Below, piece by piece: positions 20,716 to 30,804 of a stretch of 48,996 nucleotides of DNA. The position numbers and the translations under genes are program-made. How positions within the stretch are numbered: position 1 is the first letter of the stretch; the number at the start of each line of letters is the position of its first letter. Source of the stretch: Pelagibacteraceae bacterium (GTDB lineage Bacteria > Pseudomonadota > Alphaproteobacteria > GCA-002720895); contig PBIP01000009.1 in assembly GCA_002720895.1 (NCBI GenBank), forward strand, positions 1 through 48,996. Reading direction: 5' to 3'. The notes beneath the pieces were generated by a model. It saw only the letters and a list, made by a program, of their open reading frames with translations. It searched no databases and had not been told where the DNA came from.

Positions 20716-21237
20716 ATGAAAAAAAAAATTATTTTAATAGGAATGATGGGTAGTGGTAAAACAACCATAGGGAAAAAATTAGCAAAAATTCTAAATTTAG
20801 ACTTTATCGATACAGACAAAATAATAGAGAAAGATTGTAAAATTAAAATTAATAAAATATTTGAAAAATTTGGTGAAAGTTTTTTTAGAAAAAAAGAAGA
20901 AAAAGTAGTTTTAAAACTATTATCAAAGAAAAAATCATCTGTAATGGCTTTAGGAGGCGGAGCGTTTCTAAATAAAAAAGTACAAAAAAAAATAATTAAA
21001 GAAAATGTATCAATTTGGTTAGATGTAAGTTTAGAGGCAATTTATAAAAGATGTAAAGGATCTAATCAAAGACCTTTACTTAATAAAAAAAATAATTCTA
21101 ATTTAAAAAAAACAATCAAAGAATTAATGCAAATTAGAAAACCTATATATTCGAAAGCTAAATTTGTTATAAAAACAAATAAAAGTGCAACTGAAGTATG
21201 TAAAAAGATATTATTTTCTATCAAAAATATTATTTAA
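20716..21237 (+). CDS. aroK: shikimate kinase
   Basis: 173 aa. P-loop GMMGSGKTT followed by IDTD, and LGGGA. Confidence 0.9.
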   Translation: MKKKIILIGMMGSGKTTIGKKLAKILNLDFIDTDKIIEKDCKIKINKIFEKFGESFFRKKEEKVVLKLLSKKKSSVMALGGGAFLNKKVQKKIIKENVSIWLDVSLEAIYKRCKGSNQRPLLNKKNNSNLKKTIKELMQIRKPIYSKAKFVIKTNKSATEVCKKILFSIKNII

Positions 21238-21261
21238 AATATAAAATACTATATTGTTAAA

Positions 21262-22365
21262 GTGAAAAATAATTATTCAATAAAAGTTCCGTTAAAAAAT
21301 AGTCCATATGAAATAATAGTTGGAAAAAATGTTATAGAAAAAAATAAAAAAAAAATTTTTTCAGCTATAAAAGATGCTCAAAAAATATTTATTATAACAG
21401 ATACTGTAATTAGAAAATTACATTTAAAAAAAATAATTAAAATCATACCTAAAAAAATTTTTGTCAAAACTTTTGTCATTAGTTCAGGTGAAAAAATGAA
21501 AGATATAAAAACAATTAATAAATTAATATCGTTCCTTTTAAAAAATAATGTTTCAAGAAATGATGCTATTTTTGCAGTTGGAGGTGGTGTCATTGGAGAT
21601 ATTTCTGGATTTTTAGCTAGCATAACCTTACGTGGCGTTAACTTAATACATTTTCCTACTACTCTATTAGCTCAAGTAGATAGTTCAGTTGGTGGAAAAA
21701 CTGGTGTAAATAGCTCTTATGGAAAAAATCTAATTGGAACATTTTATCAGCCGAATTTAGTCATATGTGACACTATATTTTTATCTACGTTGCCAAAAAG
21801 AGAATTGACGGCTGGTTATGCAGAGGTAATAAAATATAGTATTATTTATGATAAGATTTTTTTTAATTGGTTAAATAAAAATTCAAAGGGATTATTAAAA
21901 TTGGATAATTTAAAAGTTATAAAAACAATAAAAAGAAGTGTTGAAATTAAAAAAGAATTTGTTTTAAAAGATGAAAAAGATATTAATAATAAAAGGGCTT
22001 TACTAAATTTTGGACATACATTTGCTCATTCTTTAGAAAATTGTACAAAATATTCGAAAATTTTATTACATGGTGAAGCAGTGGCAATTGGAATTTGTAT
22101 GGCATGTAAACTATCACATATTTTAGGTTTTTTATCTTTAAATAATTACTTTAAAATAAAAAATACATTTATAAAATTTGAGCTCCCTTTTGATTTAAGT
22201 TTTTTAAAAAGAATTAATATAAAAAAAAAAGAAATTGTAAAAAATATGATTTATGATAAAAAAAATTTGAAAGGTAAGATAAATTTTATTTTGTGCAAAG
22301 ATGTAGGAAGTGCGTTTGTTTACAACAAAATTAAAAAAGAATTTATAAACAAATCTATATCTTAA
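21262..22365 (+). CDS. aroB: 3-dehydroquinate synthase
   Basis: 367 aa from a GTG start. Motifs GGGVIGDISGF, VDSSVGGKTGVN and HGEAVAIG. Confidence 0.92.
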   Translation: MKNNYSIKVPLKNSPYEIIVGKNVIEKNKKKIFSAIKDAQKIFIITDTVIRKLHLKKIIKIIPKKIFVKTFVISSGEKMKDIKTINKLISFLLKNNVSRNDAIFAVGGGVIGDISGFLASITLRGVNLIHFPTTLLAQVDSSVGGKTGVNSSYGKNLIGTFYQPNLVICDTIFLSTLPKRELTAGYAEVIKYSIIYDKIFFNWLNKNSKGLLKLDNLKVIKTIKRSVEIKKEFVLKDEKDINNKRALLNFGHTFAHSLENCTKYSKILLHGEAVAIGICMACKLSHILGFLSLNNYFKIKNTFIKFELPFDLSFLKRINIKKKEIVKNMIYDKKNLKGKINFILCKDVGSAFVYNKIKKEFINKSIS

Positions 22366-22367
22366 AA

Positions 22368-23621
22368 ATGGATTTATATACAATTTCTATTTTATTATTC
22401 ATCTTTTTTTTAATCTTGCTATCTGGTTTTTTTTCAGGTTCTGAAACGGCTTTAACGGCTGTTTCGAAATTAAAAATCCATCAACTTGAAAAAAAGAATA
22501 ATCCAAAAGCTAAGATTGTTAGTTTTCTTAAATTACAAAAAGAAAAATTAATAACAACTCTTCTACTTGGAAATAATTTAGTAAATACACTAGCCACTGC
22601 AATTGCTACAAGCGTAATAATCAATTACTCAAATGATAATGAAAAAGCAATATTATATTCAACTTGTATAATGACAGCTTTAATACTTGTATTTGGTGAA
22701 GTTTTACCGAAAACTATCGCAATCAACAAATCTGAAAAAATTTCTTTAATGTTTTCACCAATAATAAAATTCTTGGTAAAAATATTCTCGCCAATTACAT
22801 TTTTAATACATCATTTAACACATGCAATTTTAAAAATATTTAGATTTCAAAGCACATCGGATATTGGTACAACAGAGGAAGAATTGAGAGGCGCTATAGA
22901 TTTACATGCAAAAGGTGAAGGAAACATACAAGAAAAAGACATGCTTCAGGGTATACTTGATTTAGATAACTTGCAAGTAAATGAAATTATGACTCATAGG
23001 AAAAATCTTGAAGTAATTTATGCAAATGAGCCAATAAAAAAAAGTATGAAAAAAATTTTAGATAGTCAATATACTCGCCTACCTTTATATGATAAAAATT
23101 CTGATAAAATTTTAGGCATAATAAACGTTAAAGATATTTTAAAAAATATAAATAATAAAAAAAAATTAGATTTTAAATTATTAGCAAAAAATCCTTGGTT
23201 TATACCTGAGACAACTTCAGTTCTAGATCAATTACAAGAATTTAAAAAGAAACAAAGACATTTAGCTTTTGTAGTTGATGAATATGGATCTCTAATGGGT
23301 ATTATAACCTTAGAAGATATCATTGAAGAAATTGTTGGTGATATTGAAGATGAACATGACATTACAATTAAAGGTGCAAAAAAATTAAAAGATGGAAAAT
23401 ATTCTATTAAAGGAAACGTGACAATTAGAGATATGAATAGAGAATTTGGATGGAATCTGCCCGATGAAAACGCTTCTACCCTTGCTGGATTAATTTTTCA
23501 TGAAATAAAAGCTATACCAGAACCTGGAAAAATATTTAGTTTTTACGGTTTTAGATTTGAAATAATTAGCGCAAAAAAAAATCATATTGATTTAGTTAAC
23601 GTAACACCTTTAACCAATTAA
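22368..23621 (+). CDS. CNNM/HlyC-CorC family membrane protein (DUF21, CBS pair, CorC_HlyC domain)
   Basis: 417 aa. N-terminal TM region containing GSETAL, a CBS pair, and a C-terminal transporter-associated domain. Confidence 0.88.
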   Translation: MDLYTISILLFIFFLILLSGFFSGSETALTAVSKLKIHQLEKKNNPKAKIVSFLKLQKEKLITTLLLGNNLVNTLATAIATSVIINYSNDNEKAILYSTCIMTALILVFGEVLPKTIAINKSEKISLMFSPIIKFLVKIFSPITFLIHHLTHAILKIFRFQSTSDIGTTEEELRGAIDLHAKGEGNIQEKDMLQGILDLDNLQVNEIMTHRKNLEVIYANEPIKKSMKKILDSQYTRLPLYDKNSDKILGIINVKDILKNINNKKKLDFKLLAKNPWFIPETTSVLDQLQEFKKKQRHLAFVVDEYGSLMGIITLEDIIEEIVGDIEDEHDITIKGAKKLKDGKYSIKGNVTIRDMNREFGWNLPDENASTLAGLIFHEIKAIPEPGKIFSFYGFRFEIISAKKNHIDLVNVTPLTN

Positions 23622-23917
23622 TCTTTTTTTTCATTAGGAGCCGTTAATTTAAATGAAATAGAATGGATTTTTTTAATAATGTTATCGCCTAGTATTTTTA
23701 AAAAAAACTTTTGTCTATCTAATCTAGAAAGCTTTAAAAATTTTTTGCTTTCTAAATTAATTATAAAATGAGTTTCATCGCCTTTAATATTTTGTTTATG
23801 AGTTTTATGTTTGTAAGAAATATTTTTAATAAGAAATTTAGATGTAGGAAAGTTCTTTTTAATTTTTTCTTCTATTTTTAGTTCAATTTTACCTTTATTC
23901 ATATCAAAACTTGTCAT
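23618..23917 (-). CDS. bolA: BolA family protein
   Basis: 99 aa. BolA-like pattern HKTHK...GDETHFIINLES.KF...SRLDRQK. Confidence 0.82.
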   Translation of the reverse strand: MTSFDMNKGKIELKIEEKIKKNFPTSKFLIKNISYKHKTHKQNIKGDETHFIINLESKKFLKLSRLDRQKFFLKILGDNIIKKIHSISFKLTAPNEKKD

Positions 23918-23946
23918 TTATAATCTTTAATGTAAATAATAACATT

Positions 23947-24501
23947 ATGAAGAAAAAAAGTATATTTGAGAAACCAAAATCTTCTTTTAAAAGAAAATGT
24001 TATAAAGATAATTGTTCAAAACCAGGAATTTATAAAGCTCCAAAATCAAAAAATGAAATAAGCAATTATATTTGGTTTTGTGAAGAACATATTAAAACTT
24101 ACAATAAAGAATGGAACTATTGTAAAGATATGACGCAAAAAGAAATAGAAAAGCATATCCAATTAGACACGATAGGATGGCGTCCTACCTGGAGTTTCTC
24201 AACAACGAAAAAATTTAGAAATTTTGATAAAATTTTTTCAAATTATTTTGAATTTTTTAAAAAGAAAAAAAATCATTCTAAATTAAATAAAAAAAAAACT
24301 CTTTTAAAAGACGCATTAAAAATTTTAAATATAGACAGTACTAATATAAATATTGAGTTTGTTGAAAATAAATATAAAAAATTAGCAAAAAAATATCATC
24401 CTGATAAAAATAAAGGTGATAAAAAATATGAAGAAAAATTTAAAAAAATAAATCAAGCATTTGAAGAAATAAAAAAACAATTAATTACTAACGTAAATTA
24501 A
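23947..24501 (+). CDS. J-domain protein with N-terminal Cys-rich region
   Basis: C-terminal J domain (YKKLAKKYHPDKNKGD). N-terminal CYKDNC...WFCEEHIKTYNKEWNY. I prefer the ATG at 23947 over the TTG at 23911. Confidence 0.8.
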   Translation: MKKKSIFEKPKSSFKRKCYKDNCSKPGIYKAPKSKNEISNYIWFCEEHIKTYNKEWNYCKDMTQKEIEKHIQLDTIGWRPTWSFSTTKKFRNFDKIFSNYFEFFKKKKNHSKLNKKKTLLKDALKILNIDSTNINIEFVENKYKKLAKKYHPDKNKGDKKYEEKFKKINQAFEEIKKQLITNVN

Positions 24502-24503
24502 TC

Positions 24504-25496
24504 ATGGATAATTCATTAACAGAATCATTATCATATAACCCAGATATAAAGGTATCTTCAAAACAAGTTTTCGGAATTAAATCTGACCTAAGAGTCCCTG
24601 CTTTTAGCAAAAAATCGTCTTTAGTGCCAAAAATAGATAAAGATTATTTCTTTGATAATGATACAACTATTTCAATTTTAACTGGTTTTTCTCAAAATAA
24701 GCGAGTTTTAATTCAAGGATATCATGGAACAGGAAAAACAACTCATATTGAACAAATTGCAGCTCGTCTTAATTGGCCTTGTATTAGAATAAATCTTGAC
24801 AGTCATATTACTCGAGGCGATTTGGTAGGCAAAGATATTATAACTATAAAAAAAAATAAACAAATTACTGAATATAAAGACGGAATGTTACCTTGGGCCA
24901 TAAAAAGACCCACCGCATTAGTTTTTGACGAATATGATGCAGGGAAACCAGAAGTAATGTTTGTAATTCAAAGGATATTAGAGTCAGATGGCAAGTTTAC
25001 ATTACTTGATAACAATGAAATTATTACACCGCATCCGGCTTTTAGATTATTTGCAACTTCTAATACAATAGGACAGTCTGATAATCTTGGAATTTATCAT
25101 GGAACTAATCAAATTAATCAAGGACAAATGGATAGATGGAATATTGTTTCTGTTTTAAATTATTTATCCCCTGAAACAGAAGCAAAAATTGTTATTAATA
25201 AAACAAAAATATCTCAAAATAAAATTGCAGTAGAAAAAATTAAATTAATGATTGCATTAGCCGGGTTAGTAAGAAAAGGTTTTGTACAAGGTGATTTAAC
25301 AACTGTTCTTTCTCCAAGAACAATAATCAATTGGGCTGAAAACTACAAATTATTTAATGATTTAATATTTTCATTCAAAGTATCATTTTTAAATAAATGT
25401 GATGAAACTGAAAAACCTATAGTAGCAGAATATTTTCAAAGAGTATTTAATATTGATTTACCTGAAAGTGAAATAAATAATTTAAAAAAAAAATAA
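24504..25496 (+). CDS. cobS: CobS-family AAA+ ATPase (MoxR-like)
   Basis: 330 aa. Walker A GYHGTGKTT and Walker B LVFDEYD, with CobS-like length and sequence. Confidence 0.88.
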   Translation: MDNSLTESLSYNPDIKVSSKQVFGIKSDLRVPAFSKKSSLVPKIDKDYFFDNDTTISILTGFSQNKRVLIQGYHGTGKTTHIEQIAARLNWPCIRINLDSHITRGDLVGKDIITIKKNKQITEYKDGMLPWAIKRPTALVFDEYDAGKPEVMFVIQRILESDGKFTLLDNNEIITPHPAFRLFATSNTIGQSDNLGIYHGTNQINQGQMDRWNIVSVLNYLSPETEAKIVINKTKISQNKIAVEKIKLMIALAGLVRKGFVQGDLTTVLSPRTIINWAENYKLFNDLIFSFKVSFLNKCDETEKPIVAEYFQRVFNIDLPESEINNLKKK

Positions 25497-25515
25497 TTCT
25501 TTTTAAAATTGTTTA

Positions 25516-27270
25516 ATGACAGATATAAATAGATCTATTTCAGCAACTATTAAGTCTATCTCTGGGAAAAAAAACTTAATTTTTTCATTTAATAACAATT
25601 TTAGTAAAATTGAAAAAAATAAAGTATTTTTACCAAATTCTAATTTATTAAAAAAAAATGATATAAAGAATTATAGGGGAATAGCAGATTTTTTAGCATT
25701 AAAATTAAAATATCATAAAGAAAAAATATATAAAAAATTTAAACCAAACAATCAAAAAAATTTAGAACTTTTTGATGCCTTAGAAGAAACAAGAATAATT
25801 ACTCTTGGATCTATATATTTGAAAGGAATTGCATGTAATTTGAGATCAAGAATAGAATTTTTTTGTAAAAAAAATCAATTTAATAAAATAAAAAAAAGAA
25901 ACAACTCTCAAATAACTCAAGTCATTAAGTTAATATCTACTGAAAGTTTTATAAATGAAAAGCTTCCTAAAAACACACTGTCATTTATTAATTTATGGAA
26001 GCCTATTATTATGCCATTAATTATAGAAGATCTTATTGAATTAAAAAAAGAAATTAAAGATCAAGAAAAGTTTTCAAAAAAATCATTAGAGTTAATAAAA
26101 AAAATTGAAAAATTTAGTAATAAAAATGAGAAAAATGAACAAAAAAAAGTTTTAAAAAAAAAAGAGGTTGAAGATAAAAAAAAAATAGAGAAAGAAATTA
26201 AAGAGACAAATAATAGTTTTTTTCAAGAAAATGAATTTAATTCCAAAAAAAATTTAAATCGTAAAGTTGTTAAGAAAAGAAAAGATAGTAAAAACAAAAA
26301 ACAAAATCTAAATGATGTGATTGCTAAAATAAATGAAGATATAAAATACAAAGTATATACAAATAAATATGATAAAATTGTTAGAGCTGAAGAATATTGT
26401 AAAAGAAATGAACTAATTCAATTAAATAATCAATTATTAAAAGAATCTAAAGATACCTATTCAACTGTTAGACGACTAGCAAAGAAATTACAAAATAAAC
26501 TATTGGTTTTTAATAAAAGTTTTTGGAATTTTGATGTTGAAGAAGGAAAAATTAATAATTCAAAATTAGCAAAGATTGTCACTGATCATAATTTTAAGAA
26601 CATTTATAAAAATTTTGAAGAAAAAAAAATTAAAGATACAGTAGTTTCACTTTTAATTGATAATTCGGGATCAATGAGAGGAAAGCCTATACAGACTGCT
26701 GCAGTATGTTCCACAATAATAAGTAAAATATTGGAACGTTGTTCTGTTAAAGTAGAAGTTTTGGGCTTTACGACCAAAGAATGGAAGGGGGGTAAATCAA
26801 GAGAAGCCTGGGCAAAAAATGGTATGATTCAAAATCCGGGCAGATTAAATGATATAATGCATATAATTTATAAGACTCCAGAAGATAGTTTAAAAAAAAT
26901 AAATTATAATTTCTCATTAATGTTGAAAGATGGCTTGTTAAAAGAAAATATAGATGGAGAATCTTTACAGTGGGCCTTAAGTAGAATATGGAAACGAAAA
27001 GAAGAAAGAAAAATTTTGATGGTCATTTCAGATGGTGCTCCGGTTGATGACTCTACAATTTCATCAAATACTTCGAACTACCTTGAAAAACACTTAAAAA
27101 AAGTTATTAAATTTATTGAAAATAAAACTAGCGTAGAGTTAATAGCTATTGGTATTGGACATAATGTTAACAAATACTATAAAAAAGCTGTAACGATAAA
27201 CGACCCTGATCAGTTGGGTGGAACAATGATTAAAAACTTTTTAGAATTATTTGATACAAAAAAAAAATAA
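25516..27270 (+). CDS. cobT: CobT-family von Willebrand factor A protein
   Basis: 584 aa. Lys/Glu-rich linker and a C-terminal vWA domain with MIDAS motif LIDNSGSM. It lies immediately downstream of cobS. Confidence 0.85.
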   Translation: MTDINRSISATIKSISGKKNLIFSFNNNFSKIEKNKVFLPNSNLLKKNDIKNYRGIADFLALKLKYHKEKIYKKFKPNNQKNLELFDALEETRIITLGSIYLKGIACNLRSRIEFFCKKNQFNKIKKRNNSQITQVIKLISTESFINEKLPKNTLSFINLWKPIIMPLIIEDLIELKKEIKDQEKFSKKSLELIKKIEKFSNKNEKNEQKKVLKKKEVEDKKKIEKEIKETNNSFFQENEFNSKKNLNRKVVKKRKDSKNKKQNLNDVIAKINEDIKYKVYTNKYDKIVRAEEYCKRNELIQLNNQLLKESKDTYSTVRRLAKKLQNKLLVFNKSFWNFDVEEGKINNSKLAKIVTDHNFKNIYKNFEEKKIKDTVVSLLIDNSGSMRGKPIQTAAVCSTIISKILERCSVKVEVLGFTTKEWKGGKSREAWAKNGMIQNPGRLNDIMHIIYKTPEDSLKKINYNFSLMLKDGLLKENIDGESLQWALSRIWKRKEERKILMVISDGAPVDDSTISSNTSNYLEKHLKKVIKFIENKTSVELIAIGIGHNVNKYYKKAVTINDPDQLGGTMIKNFLELFDTKKK

Positions 27271-27273
27271 AAC

Positions 27274-27591
27274 TTATTTTTTTTTCTCCTTTGGTTGTTC
27301 CTTTTTAGAACTTATTGTTCTTTTTTTTATAGCTTTTTTTATTTTTAAAGCTTTGATAGATAATTTTTTATTTGGTACATCTATTATATATTTATCAAAA
27401 CCCCCAGCTGACTCAATAGATTTTAATGCTTTTGTAGAGATTTTTAATCTAACCATTTGATTAAGAATATCAGAATAGATATTTTTTTTTTGCAAGTTGG
27501 GCGTAAAATCTCTTTTTGTCTTATTATGAGCGTGACTTACGTTATTCCCAATTGAAATCTTTACTCCAGTTAATTCACATTGTTTAGACAT
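27274..27591 (-). CDS. rpmB: 50S ribosomal protein L28
   Basis: 105 aa. N-terminus MSKQCELTGVKISIGNNVSHAHNKTKRDFTPNLQ is typical of L28. There is a Lys-rich C-terminal tail. Confidence 0.93.
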   Translation of the reverse strand: MSKQCELTGVKISIGNNVSHAHNKTKRDFTPNLQKKNIYSDILNQMVRLKISTKALKSIESAGGFDKYIIDVPNKKLSIKALKIKKAIKKRTISSKKEQPKEKKK

Positions 27592-27615
27592 TTGTTTATA
27601 AAAAAAATTATTAAA

Positions 27616-28593
27616 CTAACTTTTATTATTTTTTATGTAATGATGCAAGATTTTTTTAGATGCCTCTGTTGGAGAAATAATATTTTTAGACACTTTTTTT
27701 TGTAATTTAGTGAATTCTAAAGTTAATTTTTTGTTACTTTTTATTTTTTCAAATAAGTTTTTTTGTAAATCATCCCACATCCATTTAGTTAATTGCTGTC
27801 TTCTTTTTTCTTTAATCCAGCCTTTTTTATTTCCTAATAATTGAAATTTTTTTATTATTTTCCATATTTCATTCACGCCAGAACCTTTTAAAGCAGAACA
27901 TCTTAAAACTTCAGTATTAAATGTATTTTTATCTTTTTTTAACAAACTTAAGGCGTTTTTATATTCTGAAACGGTATTCATAACCTCGTTCTTAAATTCG
28001 TCTTCTTTATTAACAATTAATAAATCAGCTATTTCAATAATACCTTTTTTAATACCTTGTAATTCATCTCCTGAAGAGGGTTGAAGAAGTACTAAAAAAA
28101 TATCGACCATTTCTGCAACTTCTGTTTCCGATTGTCCGACTCCAACGGTTTCTACCAAAATTACTTCATAACCTGCAGCTTCCACTAATATCATAGTTTC
28201 CCTAGTTCTTCTTGCCACACCGCCAAGCTCTCCTCTACTAGGTGTAGGTCTAATATACGCATTCTTTTGAATGGATAATTTTTCCATCCTTGTCTTATCA
28301 CCTAAAATAGATCCTCCACTTTTTTTTGAAGATGGATCAACAGCTAATACAGCAACTTTATATTTTTTTTTAGTTAAAAAAATTCCTAGTGTTTCAATAA
28401 AAGTAGATTTTCCTACACCTGGTGGGCCTGAAATTCCAATTCTTATAGATTTTCCGGATTTTTTATACAATTTTTTTATTAATTCTTCGGATTTATTTTT
28501 ATCTTTTAATTTAGAAGACTCAATTAAAGTTATTGCTTTTGAAAGTGCTAATCTATCTGATAATAATATTTTTTTATATAAAGTATCGATCAT
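27616..28593 (-). CDS. meaB: methylmalonyl-CoA mutase-associated GTPase MeaB (ArgK)
   Basis: 325 aa. P-loop GPPGVGKST and G-domain motifs VETVGVGQSE and NKED. It is directly downstream of the mutase gene. Confidence 0.9.
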   Translation of the reverse strand: MIDTLYKKILLSDRLALSKAITLIESSKLKDKNKSEELIKKLYKKSGKSIRIGISGPPGVGKSTFIETLGIFLTKKKYKVAVLAVDPSSKKSGGSILGDKTRMEKLSIQKNAYIRPTPSRGELGGVARRTRETMILVEAAGYEVILVETVGVGQSETEVAEMVDIFLVLLQPSSGDELQGIKKGIIEIADLLIVNKEDEFKNEVMNTVSEYKNALSLLKKDKNTFNTEVLRCSALKGSGVNEIWKIIKKFQLLGNKKGWIKEKRRQQLTKWMWDDLQKNLFEKIKSNKKLTLEFTKLQKKVSKNIISPTEASKKILHHYIKNNKS

Positions 28594-28623
28594 TTTTATA
28601 AGTTACAATAAAAAGATAAATAT

Positions 28624-30774
28624 TTAAGCTGCAATATTTTTCTTTTTTTCTATTAATTGAATTATATCACTTGCTGCTTTGGGAATATTTGTTCCAGGAC
28701 CGTAGATTGCTGCAACGCCTTTATCTTTTAAAAATTTATAATCTTGAGGCGGAATAACTCCACCACAAACAACAAGTATGTCTTTGTTTCCTTGTTTCTT
28801 TAAATTTTTTAATAATTCAGGCACTAATGTTTTGTGTCCAGCAGCTTGACTGGAAACACCTATAACATGTACATCGCTTTCTAATGCCTGTTTAGCAGCT
28901 TCATTAGGAGTTTGAAATAGTGGGCCTATGTCAACATCAAAGCCTATATCAGCAAAAGATGTTGCTATAATTTTAGCCCCTCTATCATGGCCATCTTGAC
29001 CTAATTTTACAACTAACATTCTTGGTCTTCTACCAAATTTTGATGCAAATTTTTTTATTTGTAATTTAATATTCTTCAAACCTTCTTTTCCTTCAAAAGC
29101 TGAACTATAAACACCTGATACACTTCTTATTATAGCCCTATGTCTTGTAAATACAGTTTCTAAAGCATCAGAAATTTCTCCTACTGAAGCTCTGTTTCTC
29201 GCAGCATCAATTGAACATTCTAACAAATTTGTTTGATTTGGAGATTTTTTTGCGGCGTTTTTTAATGCCTCTAATGAAGCTAAAACTTTTTTCTCATTTC
29301 TTTTTTTTCTAATAACTAATAATTTTTTAATTTGTTCTTTTCGAACTTTTGTATTATCTATATTTAATATATCTACCTCTTCTTTTGTGTCAGGTGGATA
29401 TTTATTTACACCGACAACAACCTCATCCGCGTTATCTATTCTAGCTTGTTTTAAAGTTGCTGCTTCCTCAATTTTTAATTTTGGATATCCTTTTTCAACT
29501 GCTTTCGTCATTCCACCCATTTTATTTATTTCATTAATCATTTTTTCTGCCTCTTTAACAAGATCGTCAGTTAATTTTTCAATGAAAAAACTTCCTCCAA
29601 ATGGGTCAATAGTTCTCGTTATTCCTGTTTCTTCAGCCAATATTAACTGGGTATTTCTAGCAATTCTAGCAGAGAATGGTGTTGGTAGAGCTAAAGCTTC
29701 ATCAAAAGAATTGGTATGAAGAGATTGTGTTCCACCTAAAACTGATGCCATAGCTTCTATAGTAGTTCTTACAACATTATTGTATGGATCTTGTTCTGTT
29801 AAACTTGCACCAGAGGTTTGGCAATGCGTTCTTAACATTGAACTTCTTGGATCTTTTGGTTTGAATTGTTTCATTAATTTTGACCAAAGTAATCTAGCAC
29901 CTCTTAATTTTGCAATTTCCATAAAAAAATCAATTCCAATTGCAAAAAAGAATGACAAACGTGGGGCAAAATCATCTACTTTTAAACCTTTAGCAAGCGC
30001 ACATTTCACATACTCTACGCCATCAGCTAAGGTAAAAGCAAGTTCTTGTGCAGTTGTGGAACCAGCTTCTTGCATATGGTAACCGGAAATTGAAATAGAA
30101 TTAAATTTTGGCATAAATTTTGAAGTGTATTCGATAATATCAGAAACAATTCTCATACTTGGTTCAGGCGGATAAATATAAGTATTTCTAACCATAAATT
30201 CTTTTAAAATATCATTTTGTATAGTTCCTGATAATTTATTTTGATGTACGCCTTGTTCCTCGCCTGCAACTATAAAATTTGCAAGAACTGGTAAGACTGC
30301 TCCATTCATTGTCATAGAGACACTCATTTTTTCCAAAGGAATGTCTTTAAAAAGGATTTTCATATCTTCTACTGTATCAATAGCAACTCCTGCTTTTCCA
30401 ACATCTCCCACAACTTTAGGATGGTCAGAGTCATAACCTCTATGTGTTGCCAAATCAAAAGCAACTGACAAACCAGTTTGCCCATTTTTAATATTTTCTT
30501 TATAAAATTTGTTTGATTCTTCTGCAGTAGAAAAACCTGCATATTGTCTAATAGTCCATGGTCTATTAGAATACATTGTTGCTTTAGGACCTCTAAGATA
30601 GGGATTCAATCCTGGATAAGTAAAAATATGCTCTAAATTCTTTAAGTCTTCAGCTGTGTACAAAGGTTTTATATTTATACCATCTGGTGTTTTAGAATTT
30701 AAAATTTCAAGTTTATTATTTTTTAGCTCTTTTTTTGCTAACTGAGTCCAATTTATATAGTTTTTTTTTTTCAT
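28624..30774 (-). CDS. mcm: methylmalonyl-CoA mutase, single-chain, adenosylcobalamin-dependent
   Basis: 716 aa. Substrate-barrel region ([33 protein letters not shown]) and a C-terminal B12-binding domain with the DxHxxG motif ([10 protein letters not shown]). Confidence 0.95.
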   Translation of the reverse strand: MKKKNYINWTQLAKKELKNNKLEILNSKTPDGINIKPLYTAEDLKNLEHIFTYPGLNPYLRGPKATMYSNRPWTIRQYAGFSTAEESNKFYKENIKNGQTGLSVAFDLATHRGYDSDHPKVVGDVGKAGVAIDTVEDMKILFKDIPLEKMSVSMTMNGAVLPVLANFIVAGEEQGVHQNKLSGTIQNDILKEFMVRNTYIYPPEPSMRIVSDIIEYTSKFMPKFNSISISGYHMQEAGSTTAQELAFTLADGVEYVKCALAKGLKVDDFAPRLSFFFAIGIDFFMEIAKLRGARLLWSKLMKQFKPKDPRSSMLRTHCQTSGASLTEQDPYNNVVRTTIEAMASVLGGTQSLHTNSFDEALALPTPFSARIARNTQLILAEETGITRTIDPFGGSFFIEKLTDDLVKEAEKMINEINKMGGMTKAVEKGYPKLKIEEAATLKQARIDNADEVVVGVNKYPPDTKEEVDILNIDNTKVRKEQIKKLLVIRKKRNEKKVLASLEALKNAAKKSPNQTNLLECSIDAARNRASVGEISDALETVFTRHRAIIRSVSGVYSSAFEGKEGLKNIKLQIKKFASKFGRRPRMLVVKLGQDGHDRGAKIIATSFADIGFDVDIGPLFQTPNEAAKQALESDVHVIGVSSQAAGHKTLVPELLKNLKKQGNKDILVVCGGVIPPQDYKFLKDKGVAAIYGPGTNIPKAASDIIQLIEKKKNIAA

Positions 30775-30804
30775 AAGTAATTGATCAAACTAAAAAATTT
30801 ATAA

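Noticed and set aside
23911-23946. A TTG-initiated 12-codon extension of the J-domain protein, overlapping the bolA start.
   Set aside because: The extension (MSFIIFNVNNNI) looks like translated AT-rich spacer. The ATG at 23947 gives a typical MKKKS... N-terminus.
24504-27270. cobS/cobT as evidence that the organism synthesises cobalamin.
   Set aside because: CobS and CobT homologs occur without the rest of the pathway in several alphaproteobacteria. No cobN or corrin gene is in the window, so no inference about B12 synthesis is justified.
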